Notes: generated from the sequence alone by a model not told the origin. A stretch of DNA of 64,000 nt from the human T2T-CHM13v2.0 reference genome, Homo sapiens (GCF_009914755.1 NC_060930.1), one strand, 5' to 3'. Counted from the stretch's first letter, positions 28,925 to 43,151 are shown. Numbers and translations: made by a program.

Positions 28925-29594
28925 GCAGAACTTATATGAGCACATTTAATGTACTTATCCATTATAGAGCTAATGCAAAAATGAAACGTGGTATATGAAA
29001 CAACTCACTGAGACTCAGGCCATCATGCTAATAAATTTCTTGCAAAACTTACATACACACAGTGGCCATGTTTTCAAACCAAAAACTGAAGCATACAATT
29101 AAGCATACAATTTGACTTCTGATCATACAGTAAATTAAAAATTATAATAAATACTTAGTTTTCATGAGTGCTTACAATGTTCTTAATGCAAGACTTTTTA
29201 ATGCAACTTCTTGCTTTTAAATACTTTCAATATAGTTGTGCTCTTTTGAAAAAGACAAAGCCAGGTTATTTCTAACTAAAATAATCTGTGTGTTCTTTCT
29301 TTAATTTAATCTCAACATATTGAATAACAATATGCAATCATATCCTATGCATTTTAGTTCACAAAATATTGTTCTTTGGATATGATTTTGAGGATATGCA
29401 AAGTTCTCAAACCGTTTTCCCCAATGTGAAAGTAAAGTTAGGCCTAGTCGCATGAACAGCAGTTGTAGTTTCTATAGGAGACATTCTACAAATAAATCAC
29501 ACACAAGTTGGCTCAAACTGTAGTTAATTATCCATGTCAAAAATAAATCCTCAAGAGACTATTAAGATGTGCCACTTTCTTTAAAAACATGTAC

Positions 29595-29800
29595 CTTTTA
29601 ATTAGAATACACACGACCTCCTGTTTCTCATTCCATCTTCCATCCATCACTCAGACCCAAGGAATTTTCCTCAGTGCCGTCTGAACGCTGTGTTGTCCTG
29701 GTGAGCACATTCTCCCACATAGGTGAGGAATGGCGTGTATTTCCAGCACTTGGCCTCTAAGAACAGAGCACACAGCAACCAGCATGGAAGGGGACTCCGC
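29595..29800 (-). pseudogene. fossil exon, first half of an RGS domain
   Basis: Pyrimidine tract then CTGCAG acceptor; AAG|GTACAT donor; FLTYVGECAHQDNTAF aligns to RGS FREFLKSEFSEENLEF, followed by WNEKQEVVCILIK (helix 5-like). Confidence 0.6.
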
Positions 29801-30093
29801 CTGCAGTCAGGGAGCAAAGCAAAAGCACCCCTCAAAGAAGTCAGAGCCAAATGAGGCCCAGTGTGTGCTCGCTCTAGGGCAACTCCTTTGATTCGTACCA
29901 GAGGGTGGTCTTCCCTCTGTGTTTGGGGCAGTGCTTTCTTGTCTCTGTCATACAAACCCGCAAAAACAATGTTAGCAAAATCCTGATCTTTAACAGGAAA
30001 GCAGCATGACCAAATATTTCCAGAGAAATCTTATGCGCTTGCTGTAAGGGAAATTGCCTGATCGAATGTCATATAGTCAGGAATACTCTAGAA

Positions 30094-33076
30094 CAGTGGT
30101 CCTCAACCTTTTTTTGGCATCAGGGACTAGTTTCATGGCTGACAACTTTTCCACAGACTGGGGAGGAGGGGATGGTTTCAGGATGATTCAAGTGCATTAC
30201 ATTTATTGTGCACTTTATTTATTTATTTATTTTTATTTTTTTAAGACAGCATTTCCTTCTGTTGCCCAGGCTGGAGCACAGTGATGCAATCTCCGCTCAC
30301 TGCAACCTCCGCCTCCCGGGTTCACACGATTCTCCTGCCTTAGCCTCCTGAGTAGCTGAGATTACAGGTGCACACCACCAAGCCTGGCTAATTTTTGTAT
30401 TTTCAATAGAGACAGGATTTCATCTTATTGGCCAGGCTGGTCTCAAACTCCTGACCTCAAAGTGATCTGCCCGCCTTGGGCTCCCAAAGTGCTGGGAGTA
30501 CAGGTGTGTGTGCTTCATTTCTATTATTATTACATTATAATATATAATAAAATAATTATACAATGGTGATGTGTATCAGTGATGTAGAATCAATGGGAGC
30601 CCTGAGCTTGTTTTCCTGCAACTAGACAGTCCCGTGTGGGGTGATGGGAGACAGTGACACCTGAAGTGTGTCACTTATGTCCAGGCTACTCTGTAATCTC
30701 ATTTTAGTCGCTGTCACTGCAGAAAACCCTGCTTCACAAAGACAGGTTGTTGGACATGGAAGCAGGCTTTTCAGTGCTTTTGTGGCAACCTCAGGATATT
30801 CTACCTGGACTTTCATCCAGAACATATGGAGATTTGAAGTTGTCTCAAACATATTTTTAAAGCCATTGTCATTTGCCATCTCAAGCAGTTGATCCTCTTC
30901 TAGCACAGACAGTCAGTTTACCGGGCTTATTCACAAATGGGTCGCGGATCCATTCCTTCCCAGTTCGGGGTTCTTTTGTGGTTGGTAGTATTGGGTAGGT
31001 GATCACGTGTCAGCCGCGGGAAAGAAGGCCCTGGCTCCGTCTCTTTCACAATCTCTGCTAATGTTTGAAACATGTCAGAAATCCCAGTGTTCACTCATCA
31101 CCCTCATAATTCCACTTTGGCTTTGAATGCAGCTGCTTTATCTGCCGACTTGAACACAGCTGTCATTCTCCCCTGAAGTGACAGATTGATTTCATTGAAC
31201 AGGTTAAATAGTTCACACAAGTAAGCAAGTTTTGCAACCCATTCTGTGTCACTGAAATGTGCTGCCAGTGGTGACTGTTTTTCTAAAAGAAATCTCTGGA
31301 TCCTAAAAGAATCTCCTAATTAAAAAACTGTGGCCAGCAATCTACCTTTAGAAAGCATCTCACTTCTGTGTATGAGAAGGTGTATGTGCTCTGCATCGAT
31401 CTACTCGCAGAGCTGCATGAACAGACATCAGTTAAGAGCGTGTACTTTAATGTGGTTGATAATTGTAATCACATCATGCAAAATGTTGTTAGGTTCCGGG
31501 GACGTTTTTTGGCTAGCTAGCATTTCTCTGTGGATGACACAGTATGTAGACTCACATTCAGAAGCAACCTCTTTGACCCGAGTGGTGAAACCAGAAAGCC
31601 GTCCAGTGATGGCAGCCACTCCATCCATGAATATACTGACACAAAACGACCAGTTTAGTTTTCCCGATATGTAATCATTCAAAGACTTCAGTAGTTCTGC
31701 AGCTGGGGTGTTGATTAGCAGCAAAAGAACACATAACATATCCTCCTGAACATCCTCTTGAAGAGTATATCACACATAAACAAGGATTGTTGCCTTGCTG
31801 TCAACATCCGAACTCATCAACCTGGATTGTGTCCCACGGTGACTCATTAATCCTCTCTAACAATTGTGCCTCGATATCTTCTGCTATTTCATCAATTCCT
31901 CTGGTTACAGTGCTAGACGAAAGAGGAACACCTGCCACCTTTTGAACTACAGCCTTTCCTAAAAGTTCACAACAAATGTCCTTAGCAGCAGGCAGGATCA
32001 GCTCTTCACTAGCAGTAAAGGGCTTCTTAGCTTCAGCAATGCAGTTAGCCACTAAGAGTGATGCTCTCAGTGCAGACACATTTGATGAAGTGGTGGCCTT
32101 CAATAATTGCTTCTGTTCTTTGTGTTCACATTTTCTTCTTTTGAAAACTCCAAAGACTTGTCTTTTAATGCAGGATGCTTGGTCTCCATGTGGTGAAGCA
32201 GTTTTGAAGGTTTCATGGCTTTGTTGGATAGCCAGTCGCCATATATTATAAAAAGTAGACTTGGAGAATGTGAATCACCTGTTACAATGAACCTGTAATT
32301 TAAGTAGGACTCTTGGTATTTTCTTTCAAATGCAGCTTTCTTTTTGTTGGCAGTCTTAGAGTCTTCTGCTCTCTCATCATTGGGTCTTTCTTCCTTTTCG
32401 AAGAAGCCCTCTAGTGACATTTATTTTTTACTCATTTTGGCTGGGGTTAGCTTGTGGGCTTACCAAAACTGTGACTGAGACAAGGGTGCAGTGTGGGAAA
32501 GAGGCAGGAACAGAAATGCTCAACAAAGTAATAGGCAAGCCATGCACAGAATAAAATAAGTGTCGGATTCTGACTTAAAGCTGCCACCAGATGCAGCTGT
32601 GCAATTGAAGTGCATCAGCTCACTTGCCACTGTAAAGCCTGCGACCAGAGGCAGCTTAATTGTCACTTGCCACTCACAGATAGGGATATGAGTCTTGCAA
32701 TTGATGTATTATGGTCTCTGTGCAGGGAAACCTCTCTGCTAATGTTAATCTGTATTTGCAGCCACTCCAGCACTAGCATTACTGCCTCAGCTCCACCTCA
32801 GGTCATCAGGCATTAGTTAGATTCTCATAAGGAGCACACAACCCAGATCCCTCGCATGTGCAGTTCACAATAGGGTTTGCGCTCATATGAGAATCTAATG
32901 CCACCGTTGATCTGACAGGAGGCGGAGCTCAGGCAGTAATGTGAGTAATGAAGAGTGGCTGTAAACACGGATGAAACTTCATTCACTCGCCCGCCACTCA
33001 CCTTCTGCTGTGCAGCCTGGTTCCTAACAGGCCATGGACCAGTACCGGTCTGTGGCCCAGGGGTTGCGGACCCCTT
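30094..33076 (-). mobile_element. full-length Charlie3 hAT DNA transposon with decayed transposase
   Basis: TIRs cagtggtcctcaacc / ggttgcggacccctt; 8-bp TSD ctctagaa/ctctaaaa; ORF fragments 32420 to 30622 give a BED-like MKPSKLLHHMETKHP, KKPFT..EELILPA, CVIHRE and hAT dimerisation TTCLCEAGFS. Confidence 0.92.
30217..30510 (-). mobile_element. AluS nested in Charlie3
   Basis: Alu dimer with (TTTA)n tail inside the left end of Charlie3. Confidence 0.9.
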
Positions 33077-33306
33077 CTCTAAAAGCCCTATAGGAGGTGC
33101 AGGAAATTATTTTGAGAGCAGGGTCATTAAATAAATCTATTTCTACACTTCAAGTAATTATCTTTCAAACCATTTTTGTCTATTTTTCCTTTCAGTTCTT
33201 TCCATCCTTGCTTCATGTTCATTGAAGCTGTTTTTTTTTTTTTTTTTTTTTTTTGGTACATGCACATTTAGGATTGCTCTATCTTTTGGTGGATTGAGCC
33301 TTTCAT

Positions 33307-34003
33307 TGTTAGTGGTGGTAAGTCTGTATGGGTCTGCAGCAACCTAGATTTTTGCCTCCTTGGAAGAAAGAATTTGACCGAGGGGCACAGGGCAGAGGGA
33401 GAGACCACTGAGGCAAGTTTTAGAACAGAAATGAACATTTATTACAACATTTTAGAGCAGGAACAAAAGTAAAGTACACTTGGAAGAGGACCAGGTGGGC
33501 AACTTGAGAGATCAAGTGCCCAGTTTGACCTTTGACATGGGGATTTTATAGGCCGGCATGCTTCCGGGGTCTTGCATCCCTTCTCCCCGATTCTTCCCTT
33601 GGGGTGGGCTGTCTGCCGTGCAGTGGCTGCCAGCTCTTGGGAAGGGGCCACATGCACAGTGTGTTTCCTGGAGTTGTACACGTGCTCGCTTGAGGCATTT
33701 TTCTCTTACCAGTCAAGTGTTCCTAGAGGAAGATCATATGCCTGTTAAACTTCTTCATTTTGCCTCTTAGTGCACATGCTTGAGCCCACTGGCCCAAGTC
33801 CTGAGATCTTTTCGGGAAGCTGCTGATCACTGGCTTCAGGTATTTTCTGCTGGGAGACGGCCTTAATTGGTTATGACCAATTATTATTTTAGAGAGACAG
33901 TTCTCAATGACCTGACCATCCCCTGATGCTCTCCTAACATTCCTGGTGTTGGCAGGGGGGCTCTTCTGCCCTGCTCCTGCCTGACTAGCTACCTACTAAA
34001 ACA
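33307..34003 (-). mobile_element. solo ERV1 LTR, MER50-like
   Basis: TG...CA termini; the reverse strand starts tgttttagtaggtagctagtcaggcaggagcagggcag as in MER50. Confidence 0.72.
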
Positions 34004-34558
34004 TAACTGATGATCCCATACAAGCTGACTTCTCCAAGGGTTGAAGGGCCAGGTAGGGTGGACTTGACCAGGGACAAGGTGCTAATTGTCAGAGGAAAGG
34101 GTAATTTTTTATATGCTGTAGCAGATGCCTCTCTCCATACCCACATCATCCAATGTCTGCACCTGAAGGACAGAACAGTTATAACAGTTTTTTAATGTAG
34201 AAAAAGCCATATCACTAAAAATGCTATTAATCCAATGGGGCCAACAGAAATGCTTTGGAGCTCCTCTTACAGAGTATGAGACACAGTGACAGAGGCAGCT
34301 TTCCCCGAATGTGCCGGCCACTTTCTCTTTAGCACTGTCGTGGCCCCAGGCTGGGGCAGCTCCAGTGAGCAGCTCCAATGCAGCCGGAAGACACTATGGA
34401 TGTCACACTCGGCAGAAATGGCAGCTCCCTCAGGTTTTTGTGACTGAAAAATCCCAGGGGTCTTCAGGTGTTCATGTTCTGTGTATCACCACAGGCTGTG
34501 CCTGCCTACGTGTGCCCAGAGGGAACGGGTGAGGCCTGGAGTCCAGCGCGCGCCTCAC

Positions 34559-34731
34559 CGCCCATCCTGCCTGATGCGTCCTTCCAGAGCACATCCTCCT
34601 TCTACGACGACAAGGGTTCCCTCCAGGGTAAAGGCAGGCCCAGAGACGTCTGTCCATGGTGAAAGGACACTGTCCAGAGAACTTGCAAAAATACGATAGG
34701 GAAACTGTGAGGCTGGAATCCGACATAAACC
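34559..34731 (-). pseudogene. fossil exon (173 nt), end of an RGS domain
   Basis: TTCTCAG acceptor, GCG|GTGAGG donor; open phase 0 to 2; PYRIFASSLDSVLSPWTDVSGPAF has the RGS helix 7-8 spacing F.6.VL.5.S.P.F. Confidence 0.55.
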
Positions 34732-35880
34732 CTGAGAATGAGCATCGGTGGCCTCTGGGTGATGGCTCTGAGGAACCCCAGAAAGTCAGGCTGCGCAGTC
34801 AGCGAAGCACAAGAAAGCCAGGCTGGCATGCGGGCCACTGTGTGCAGGTCACATACTAAATTATACATTTCAGGAAGAAGTGCTACCGAGTTTCAGGAAA
34901 AACAGTGATTATCAGAACTTTAAAAATCCAGATGTGCTATTAGAAATGAGGACATACACAAGAGAACCATCTTGGAAAGAACAAGTGTGCACAGAGACAG
35001 GCGTGGGGATGACACTGCACCACGAGCCACTGTCCATCTCTCCATCTGCAGAGGAGATGCACAGGCGCAGATGCACGTGCACAGACAGCTGGAGAGCAAG
35101 GGGACGTCCTGCCGGTGTGAAGCATGGCCTTGGCTCCTTACAATCACTGGTCAGGAAAAAAAAAACAAAAAAAAAATGAGTAGTGAAAAAGTAACCAGCT
35201 CAGGATATAATTTGATAGAGGAGTAACGCAATGGATTTTTTCTTCTGGTTTTAATAAAAAATCAAGTTGCTCAAAACTACTGATTTTAAACTACCAAGAA
35301 AAAGAAAGAGATAAGCTATAAGATGACAATGTTTTTAGCAGCCCATCAGATTTCTGAGGATAAAAGATACGTAAACAAACCAAACTCTAGAAAGTGACAA
35401 GCCACTCACAGGAGTGAAGACCACAGGCACGCTCTTACCCACAGCAGAATGACAAAAACGAAATGGCTGGAGGCCAGGAGAAACTGGCCACGTGTTTGCA
35501 TCTGCAGGTAAGTGGGTGACCAGCTGGCATCCCTGTGGCTGGAGTCACCGGCAATGCTGCACCCGGCCTTCAAGCGTTCCCCAAAGGCCTCTGTGGAGCC
35601 CTTCACTGAGCGCTGAGGGATAAAGCTGGGAGCAGGGCCTGAGAGACAGGATGCATTCCCGGGGGCCCTGCTGAGTCTCACCCACTTGCAGAGAACCAGT
35701 CTCAGAAAACAGGAGACAGAGTGGAAGCCTGAGTGGAGCCCCTCCCAGGCCTCCAGACAATGCCAGGCAACGGTTCGGAAACACAGACAGGGCCTGGAAC
35801 CATGCTTGTGTTAACACCCTTGGCTCTGCTGATCGTCCCTCAAAATATTTCAGCACATGGTGACCTGAGCCAAGCTACAA

Positions 35881-36228
35881 CTGCAGCAAACCCAGACCTG
35901 ACTCACCTGTGGATCAGGGCAATGGACCTGCCCTTCTGCAGCCTGGCAGAATCCATCTCACCACTCTCTGCAGCAAACCCAGATCCTATTCACCTGCAAA
36001 TCAGGGCGATGGACCTGCCCTTCTGCAGCCTGGCAGAATCCAGCTCACCCCTCTCTGCAGCAAACCCAGATCCTATTCACCTGCAAATCAGGGCAATGGA
36101 CCTGCCTTTCTGCAGCCTGGCAGAATCCAGCTCACCCCTCTCTGCAGCAAACCCAGACCCCATTCACCTGCAAATTAGGGCGATGGACCTGCCCTTCTGC
36201 AGCCTGGCAGAATCCAGCTCACTCCTCT
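35881..36228. repeat. 87-bp minisatellite, 4 copies
   Basis: Units start ctgcagcaaacccaga at 35881, 35968, 36055 and 36142. Confidence 0.96.
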
Positions 36229-36249
36229 TTGCAGGAAAGTATCATCTAC

Positions 36250-39200
36250 TTCACTCTTAACTATTCCTTTCTACAAGAATACCCAACAAAAATCAAATGT
36301 GATAAAACATGAAAAAGCAAGGCAATGTGACCCATGTAAAATAGGAAACAGGCAGCCAATAAATAATACCATACCAAAGAGGTATGAGTAAAAAGTACAT
36401 GTAACAGATAAAAAATTACGTACTAGAAAGTATTTGACTTGTTCAATTGTTTAAAAAAGACAGAAAAGGAAAGAAACTGGGAGAAAGAACAAGAGGGATA
36501 AATAAAATTATATCCCAGCACAGAAGACATAAAATGTACCATGTCAATAACAACCTGAATTATAAATGGACTAGACACTCCAGGTAAATGACAGTGATTC
36601 TCAGGCAGGTAAAGTAGCAAGACTCAACTTCAAACTCTATAAAAAATGTATTTTAATTATTAAGACACTGGTTGAAAGTAAAAGGTCTTAAAAAAAGATA
36701 TATCATGCAAATTATGCATAAGAAAGTTGTGTGGTTATTTTACTATCAGAAAAAAAGTAAACTTCAGGACAAGGAATACTACTAGAGATTCAGCAACACA
36801 GTTTATAATGTTAAAAGGATCGATGTATCAAAAAGACAAAAATATGCAAAGTACATATACACCTAAAAACAGAGCTTCAAAAGTCATAGGACAAAATATA
36901 AACAGAACTAAAAGGAGAAATAAACAAATTAATTATTACAGTTATAAATTTTAATGCTTCTTTTCCTGTAATTAATGTAACAAATATACATAAAATCAGT
37001 ATTGCTTTGGAAGATTTCAACACTATGGACCAACTTGAAGTAATTGGCACATATAGAGCCCTCCTCCCAATAGCTGTAGAAGACAAGTCCTTTTCAAGTG
37101 TACATAAAACTTTCATGAAGATCAATCATATGATGGGTCATAAAAAGTCTCAGTAAGTATCAAATATTTGAAATAATTCTGAGCATATTCTCTGTTTTTG
37201 TATGTGTGCCGTAAGGAAGGGGTCCAGCACCATAATTTTGCATGTGGATACTGAGCACCATTTGTTGAAAAAATGATTTTTCTCCCATGATATGCTTTGG
37301 CACCATTTTCATACATCAATTGGCCACAAAAGTATGTGTTTCACTTCTGGACTTTCAATTGTGTTCCACAGATCTATAGTTATATCCTTACTTCAATAAG
37401 ATACTGTCTTGATTATTGTAGCTTTGTTCTAAGTTTTGGAATCAGGAAGTGTGAGTCCTTCAACTTTGTACTTTTTCAAGAATACTTTGGTTATTCTGGT
37501 TTCCTTGCATATTCATATGAATTTTACAATCAGCTTATGCATTTTTTGAAAGAACCCGCTGGGATTTTTACGGGAATTGAATTGATCTTTAGATCACCTT
37601 AGGAAGTACTGCCATCTTAACAATATTGTCTTCTAATCCATGAACATTAAATGTCTTTCCATTTATTTAGGTCTTTTTTAATTTCCTTCAAGGATGTTTT
37701 ATAGCCTCAGAGGACAAGTTTTACACTTGTTTTTAAAACTGTATTCCTTGATGTTTATTGTTTTTAAGGCTATTGTAAATAGAATTGTTTCCTTGATTTC
37801 ATTTTCAAATTGTTCATTGCTGGTGTATAGAAAAAAAAGATTTCTATATTTTGATCTCATAACCCACAACTTGCTGAATATATTAGTTCTAATAGTTTTT
37901 TATGTGTGTGAATTCCTTATGATTTTCTATATACAAGATCATGTTATCTGTGAATACAGAGAGTTTTACTCCTTCCCTTTCATTCTGGATGCATTTTATT
38001 TCTTCTCCTTGCTTGACTGCTCTAGCTAGAATTTCCAGTGTAATGATGAATAAAAGTGGTGAGAAGAGACATCCTTGTCTTTTTACTGACCATAGGGGCA
38101 AAGCATTTAGTGTTTCAAAGTTAAATATAATGTTAGATGTGGGTTTTTAAATAAATGTCCATTATCAGATTTTTAAGAATCAACAAAATAAATATGTAGA
38201 ATATTCACAAATATTTAGAAACTAGTGACAGTCTTCTAAATAGTGCATGTGTAAAAGGAGAAATCACAGAAAAATTGTGAAATATTGTGGACCAAATGAT
38301 AAAACACATACCAAAATTTGTTGTATGCAGCTAAAACTGACTTTAGAGGAAAAATGTATAATATTAAATGCTTCTGTTAGGAAAAAAGAGAGTTTTAAAG
38401 TCAATGACGTGGATTTCCTTCTTAATAACCTAGAGAAAGAATACTACATTAAACCCAAAGTAGAGAAAAGAAACAATACCAGTAAAAGTGGAATCATTGA
38501 AATAGAAAATATAAAAGGGAGAAAATTAATAAAAGCAAATTATGGTTCCTTGAAAAATCAATTAAAACTGATAAACCTCTAACTGGATGGATAAAACAAT
38601 GAGAGGGAACACTCAAATTTGTAAGAATAGGAATCAAGAAGCAACATCACCAGAGTCCCTATAGACATTAAAAAGAATAAGAGATTTTTATGGAAAATCT
38701 AATGTTTCTAAATTCAATAACTTAGATTAATGGACAAATTATTTAAAAGATATTAGTTACCAAAAGTGACTGCAGAAGAAACAGAAAATCCAGATAGCTT
38801 CATATCTATTTAGAAAATTAAAATATTAATTAAAAACTTTTCCACATAAAAAACCTCCAGGGCCAAATGGCTTTACTGGTAAATTTTATAAAGCATTTTG
38901 TGAGAGCAGCACACCTTAATAACAAAAATTGACAAAGATGTTACCAAAGAAAAAAAAAAGCCATATCTACATCCCTTAGGAATTTGGTAACCAAAATCCC
39001 CATGAAAATGTTAGCAAACAAAATCCAGTAGTAGATAAGAAGTCTACTACACAATGACCAAGTGGGGTTTATCCAAGGAATGCAAGGTTGGATTAACATT
39101 TGGAACCAATTCATATAATGCACCACATTAACAGAATAAAAGAGAAAAGATGATATGATCATCTTAGTGGTTGTGGAAACAGCATTTGATAAAATTCAAC

Positions 39201-42010
39201 ATGCCTTTGTAATAATAATTCTCAGAAAAAATAGGAATACAAAGGAATGCCCTCAATCTAGAAGATCTAACCACAGACATCATATGAAATGGTGATATAT
39301 TACATTCTATTTTCCTAAGATTGAGAAAAGGCACTGACTGATGTCTACTGTCACCATTTCTACTCAAGACTTTAGCAGAGGTCTTAACACCTGACATAGG
39401 ACCAGAATATTATGTAAAAGGCAAACAGATTGGCAAAGAAGCAAAACTCTCAGAATTCACAAGTGATCTATATGTTTATACAGAAAACCCCAAAACTACT
39501 AGAATAAGTGGTCTTCAGAGTCACAGCACACAAGGTCAATATACAAAAATAACTGTATTTCTACATACTAACAACAATTGAAAAGTGAAATTACAACAGT
39601 AAATTTTTTATAATAACCCCAAAAGAAAATCAAGTTTCTAGAAATATATCTCAAAAGGACACGCAAGGCCTCTGTGCTGGAAACCATAAAACCCCACTGA
39701 GGGAAACTAAATAAGATTTAAATAAACTGAAAAAATGGTACATGTTTATGGGCTGGAAGACACAAGATTGTCATCATGGCATGAACCTAAAATGGTTTAT
39801 AAATTTAATGCAAACCCCAGCAAAACTGCAGTAGGATAGCAGGGGTTTTTGGTGTTTTTTTTTTTTTTTTTAGAATCAGACAAATTGATTCTAAAATGTA
39901 TGTGGAAACGCAAAAACAAATCTAAAACAGCCATATAATTTTTGACAAAGAAAAACAAGTTTAGAGGACTTGTGCTCCTTGGATTTAAGAATGATTATAA
40001 ACTTACAATAATTCAGACAGTAAAATATTGGCATAAGGATAGGAAAATAGATCAATGGAACAGAATAAAGAGTCAAGAGTAGAGCACACATGTATGGGCA
40101 ATTAACTTTCAACCAGTGTGAAAAAGAACCTCTTTTTTAAACTATAGTTGGTGTTGTTTAACCTCATGAACTTTAAAAAAAGAATAAAACTATAGTTGGA
40201 AAAGCTAGATATCCCCAGGAAAAAAGAGATAACACCAGACCCCATCTCCCTCCATAGCCAGAAAATAACACGTGGCAGGTTGCAGGCCTGAGCAAAAAAC
40301 TGAGGGCAGCAGAACTTCTGCAGGAATATATACAAGAAGCCTGGGCAACATGGCGAGACCCTGTCTCTACAAAAATACAAAAATTGGCCAGGTGTGGTGG
40401 TGCAAGTCTGTAGTCCCAGCTACTCGGGAGGTTGAGGTGAGAGGATCAGTTGAGGCCAGGAGGTTGAGGCTGCAGTGAGCCAAGATCGCACTACTGCACA
40501 CCAGCTGAGGCAACAGAGTGAGATCCTTGCAGAAAGAAAGAAAAGAAGAAAGGGAGGAAGGAAAGGAGAGAAGGAAGGAAGGAGGGAGGGAGGGAGGGAG
40601 AGAAGGGGGGAGGGAGAGAGGGAAAGAGGGAAGGAGAGAGGGAGGGAAGGAAGGGAAGGGAACAGAAGGGAAGTGAAGGGAAGGGCAGGAAGGGAGGAAG
40701 GAAAGGAGGAGGGAGGGAGGGAGGAAGGGAGGGGAGAAAGAGAGAGAGAACAAAATAAAGAAAAGAAAAAAGAAAAGAAAAGCAAAGGAGAATAGCTTCG
40801 CAATTTTTCAATTCAGAAAAGATCTCTTAGGACATCAGAAACACTATCTATAAAAGGAAACAAAATTGATAAACTAGACTTTAAAATTTCTACTCAGAAT
40901 GTCTACTACTAAGAAAATAAATAGGTAAATCACTGATTAGGGAAAATCTTCACAGCACACGTATCTTGCAATGGACTCATTCATCATGTATAGAGACTTC
41001 TGACAAATTGGCAATGATGAAACAATTAGACAATGAAAAGACAAATAACCTAATTTAAAAATATGCAAAAAACTTGGACACCACAGATAAAATATATGAA
41101 TGGGCAAAAAGAATATTTAAAAGGTGCTCAACATCAGGCAAATGCAAGTTAAAACCACCATGAGATATCATTTCACATGCACTAAAATTACTAGAATCAA
41201 AAATGACGACAACACCATGTATTGGCAAGGAAGTGGGACAATTAGAATGCTAACACATTGCTGGCGGGCATTTAAAATGGTACAATTACTTGGGGAACCT
41301 GTTCAACAGTTTCTTCTCAAGTTGAATATTCACTAACCCTATGATTGAGTAATTTTATCTCTAGGTATATACTCAGGAAAAATGAAAATATGTTCATAAA
41401 AGGATGTGACGAGAATATGCATCACAGCTTTATTTTTAATGGATAAAAACTGAAAACAATTCTGTGGCCCAAAAAGAGATCAGATAGACAATAGAATGTA
41501 TTTAGTAATTAAAAAAAAAAAGAAGAAACAAACTAATTAGAAAAGGACATTTGTGGAACGGTTGGCAAAATTTGAACAAAGTTTGTAGATAATTTACTAG
41601 ATACTAGTAGTATACTGTTTCTGGTTTTGGTAAGTTTACTATGGTTAAGTGCAATGTTAACTTACAGCTCTTTTATCTATTATTTTTGCAACTTTTTATA
41701 AGTCTGAAATTATTTCAAAATAAGAATAAATAAAGAGATATATAACAGTTAAACAAATTAAAAACTCAAGAGTACATATTTATGATTCCAGTTGTGTTAA
41801 ATTGGTCTATAATGATAAAAGTTAGAAAGTGGTTGCTTGGTGGAGGGAGTTGGAGAGTTGATTGGAGGGGATGTGAGGAAATTTTGTGATGATGGAAATA
41901 TTTTCTATCTTGTTTTGAGTGATTGTTACAGAGGTGGATACAATGTTGAAATGCATTAAGAACACTAAAGGCCAGTGCATTTTATTAGATGTTAATTATA
42001 TCTCAATAAT
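36250..42010 (+). mobile_element. old L1M (ORF1/ORF2/3' UTR pieces) with an antisense L1 segment at about 37200-38150
   Basis: ORF2 motifs (tgaccaagtggggtttatccaaggaatgcaagg); minus ORF 37889..38101 [11 protein letters not shown]...VFTDNM. Confidence 0.8.
40338..40790 (+). mobile_element. 5'-truncated AluJ with expanded about 260-bp polypurine (GGAA/GAAA) tail
   Basis: Alu 40338-40530 followed by an almost pyrimidine-free tract. Confidence 0.88.
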
Positions 42011-42764
42011 AATAATAATAATAAGACAACAGAAATAATGTACCAAGGAAAATATCAAAATTGGGGCCAATTATTTTGAATGAAGAAAAAGTGATAATTA
42101 AAAGATAAACTCTAAAAAACAAGAGCATAAAGCAGAAATAGGAGAACTATGAGAAAAGATGGGTTGAGAACAGAAGACAAAGGAACACTATTTGTGAGTT
42201 AGGAAAGGAAGCATAAGAAATAAACACAGAATAGCTCCTCAGAGGCGCTGAGCCCCAAGCTAAGGAACATGTTCTCCTCTTCCAATCCCACTTCAAAACT
42301 GCTTTTTTTCAGTTTTGCAAGAGAAAGGCTAACAGTTCACCCGTCAAGACATTGACCTAAGGTTTAAAAACCTTGGGCATTGTATGAAAAGGACAATTTA
42401 AAAATTATCTTAAGTAAAAAGTAAAAACCTCAATATTCCCACTGATCACCACCACTAGTAAATCTTAGCAGGGATAAGATGTCAAATAAAATTTTACTTG
42501 TAAATTGTTAAAATTGTTTACTGAATTTTGTATTATATTTATGCTATATTGAAAAATTGTGTACTAATTATATCATGATACCTCAGTCCAGAAGAAAATG
42601 TCTAACATTAAGAGTCTTATATTTAAAGGAAAGTAAACAGAAAAAAAATGGAATATATTGTACAGATGAATGGGTAAATAGATACATACAGTGTGATGTG
42701 TGTGTGTGTGTGTGTGTGTATGTGTGTCTAGAAATACGATAGAAAGATCAATAAAAAAGTTTTA

Positions 42765-43083
<319 letters not shown>

Positions 43084-43151
43084 TTAGGATATACTTTTGT
43101 AGGCCAAGTGAAATGAACATACAAATTCAAAGAGAAAAACTTAAAATCCCT

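Noticed and set aside
30622-32420. ZBED5/Buster-like ORFs as a domesticated transposase gene
   Set aside because: Broken into four frames, Zn-finger cysteines lost, and still bounded by TIRs and a TSD, so a dead Charlie3.
34141-34162. 22-nt minus-strand micro-exon (TTCAG acceptor, GTATGG donor)
   Set aside because: The flanking exons already join in phase without it; weak donor.
35440-35513. Plus-strand CAG|GTAAGT donor
   Set aside because: Isolated, with no convincing acceptor, in a probable old L1 5' region.
35881-36228. Regular repeats as a CRISPR-like array
   Set aside because: Head-to-tail units with no unique spacers, in human DNA.
35733-36260. 175-aa ORF as a real repeat protein
   Set aside because: Non-ATG start, and its length is explained by the 87-bp VNTR.
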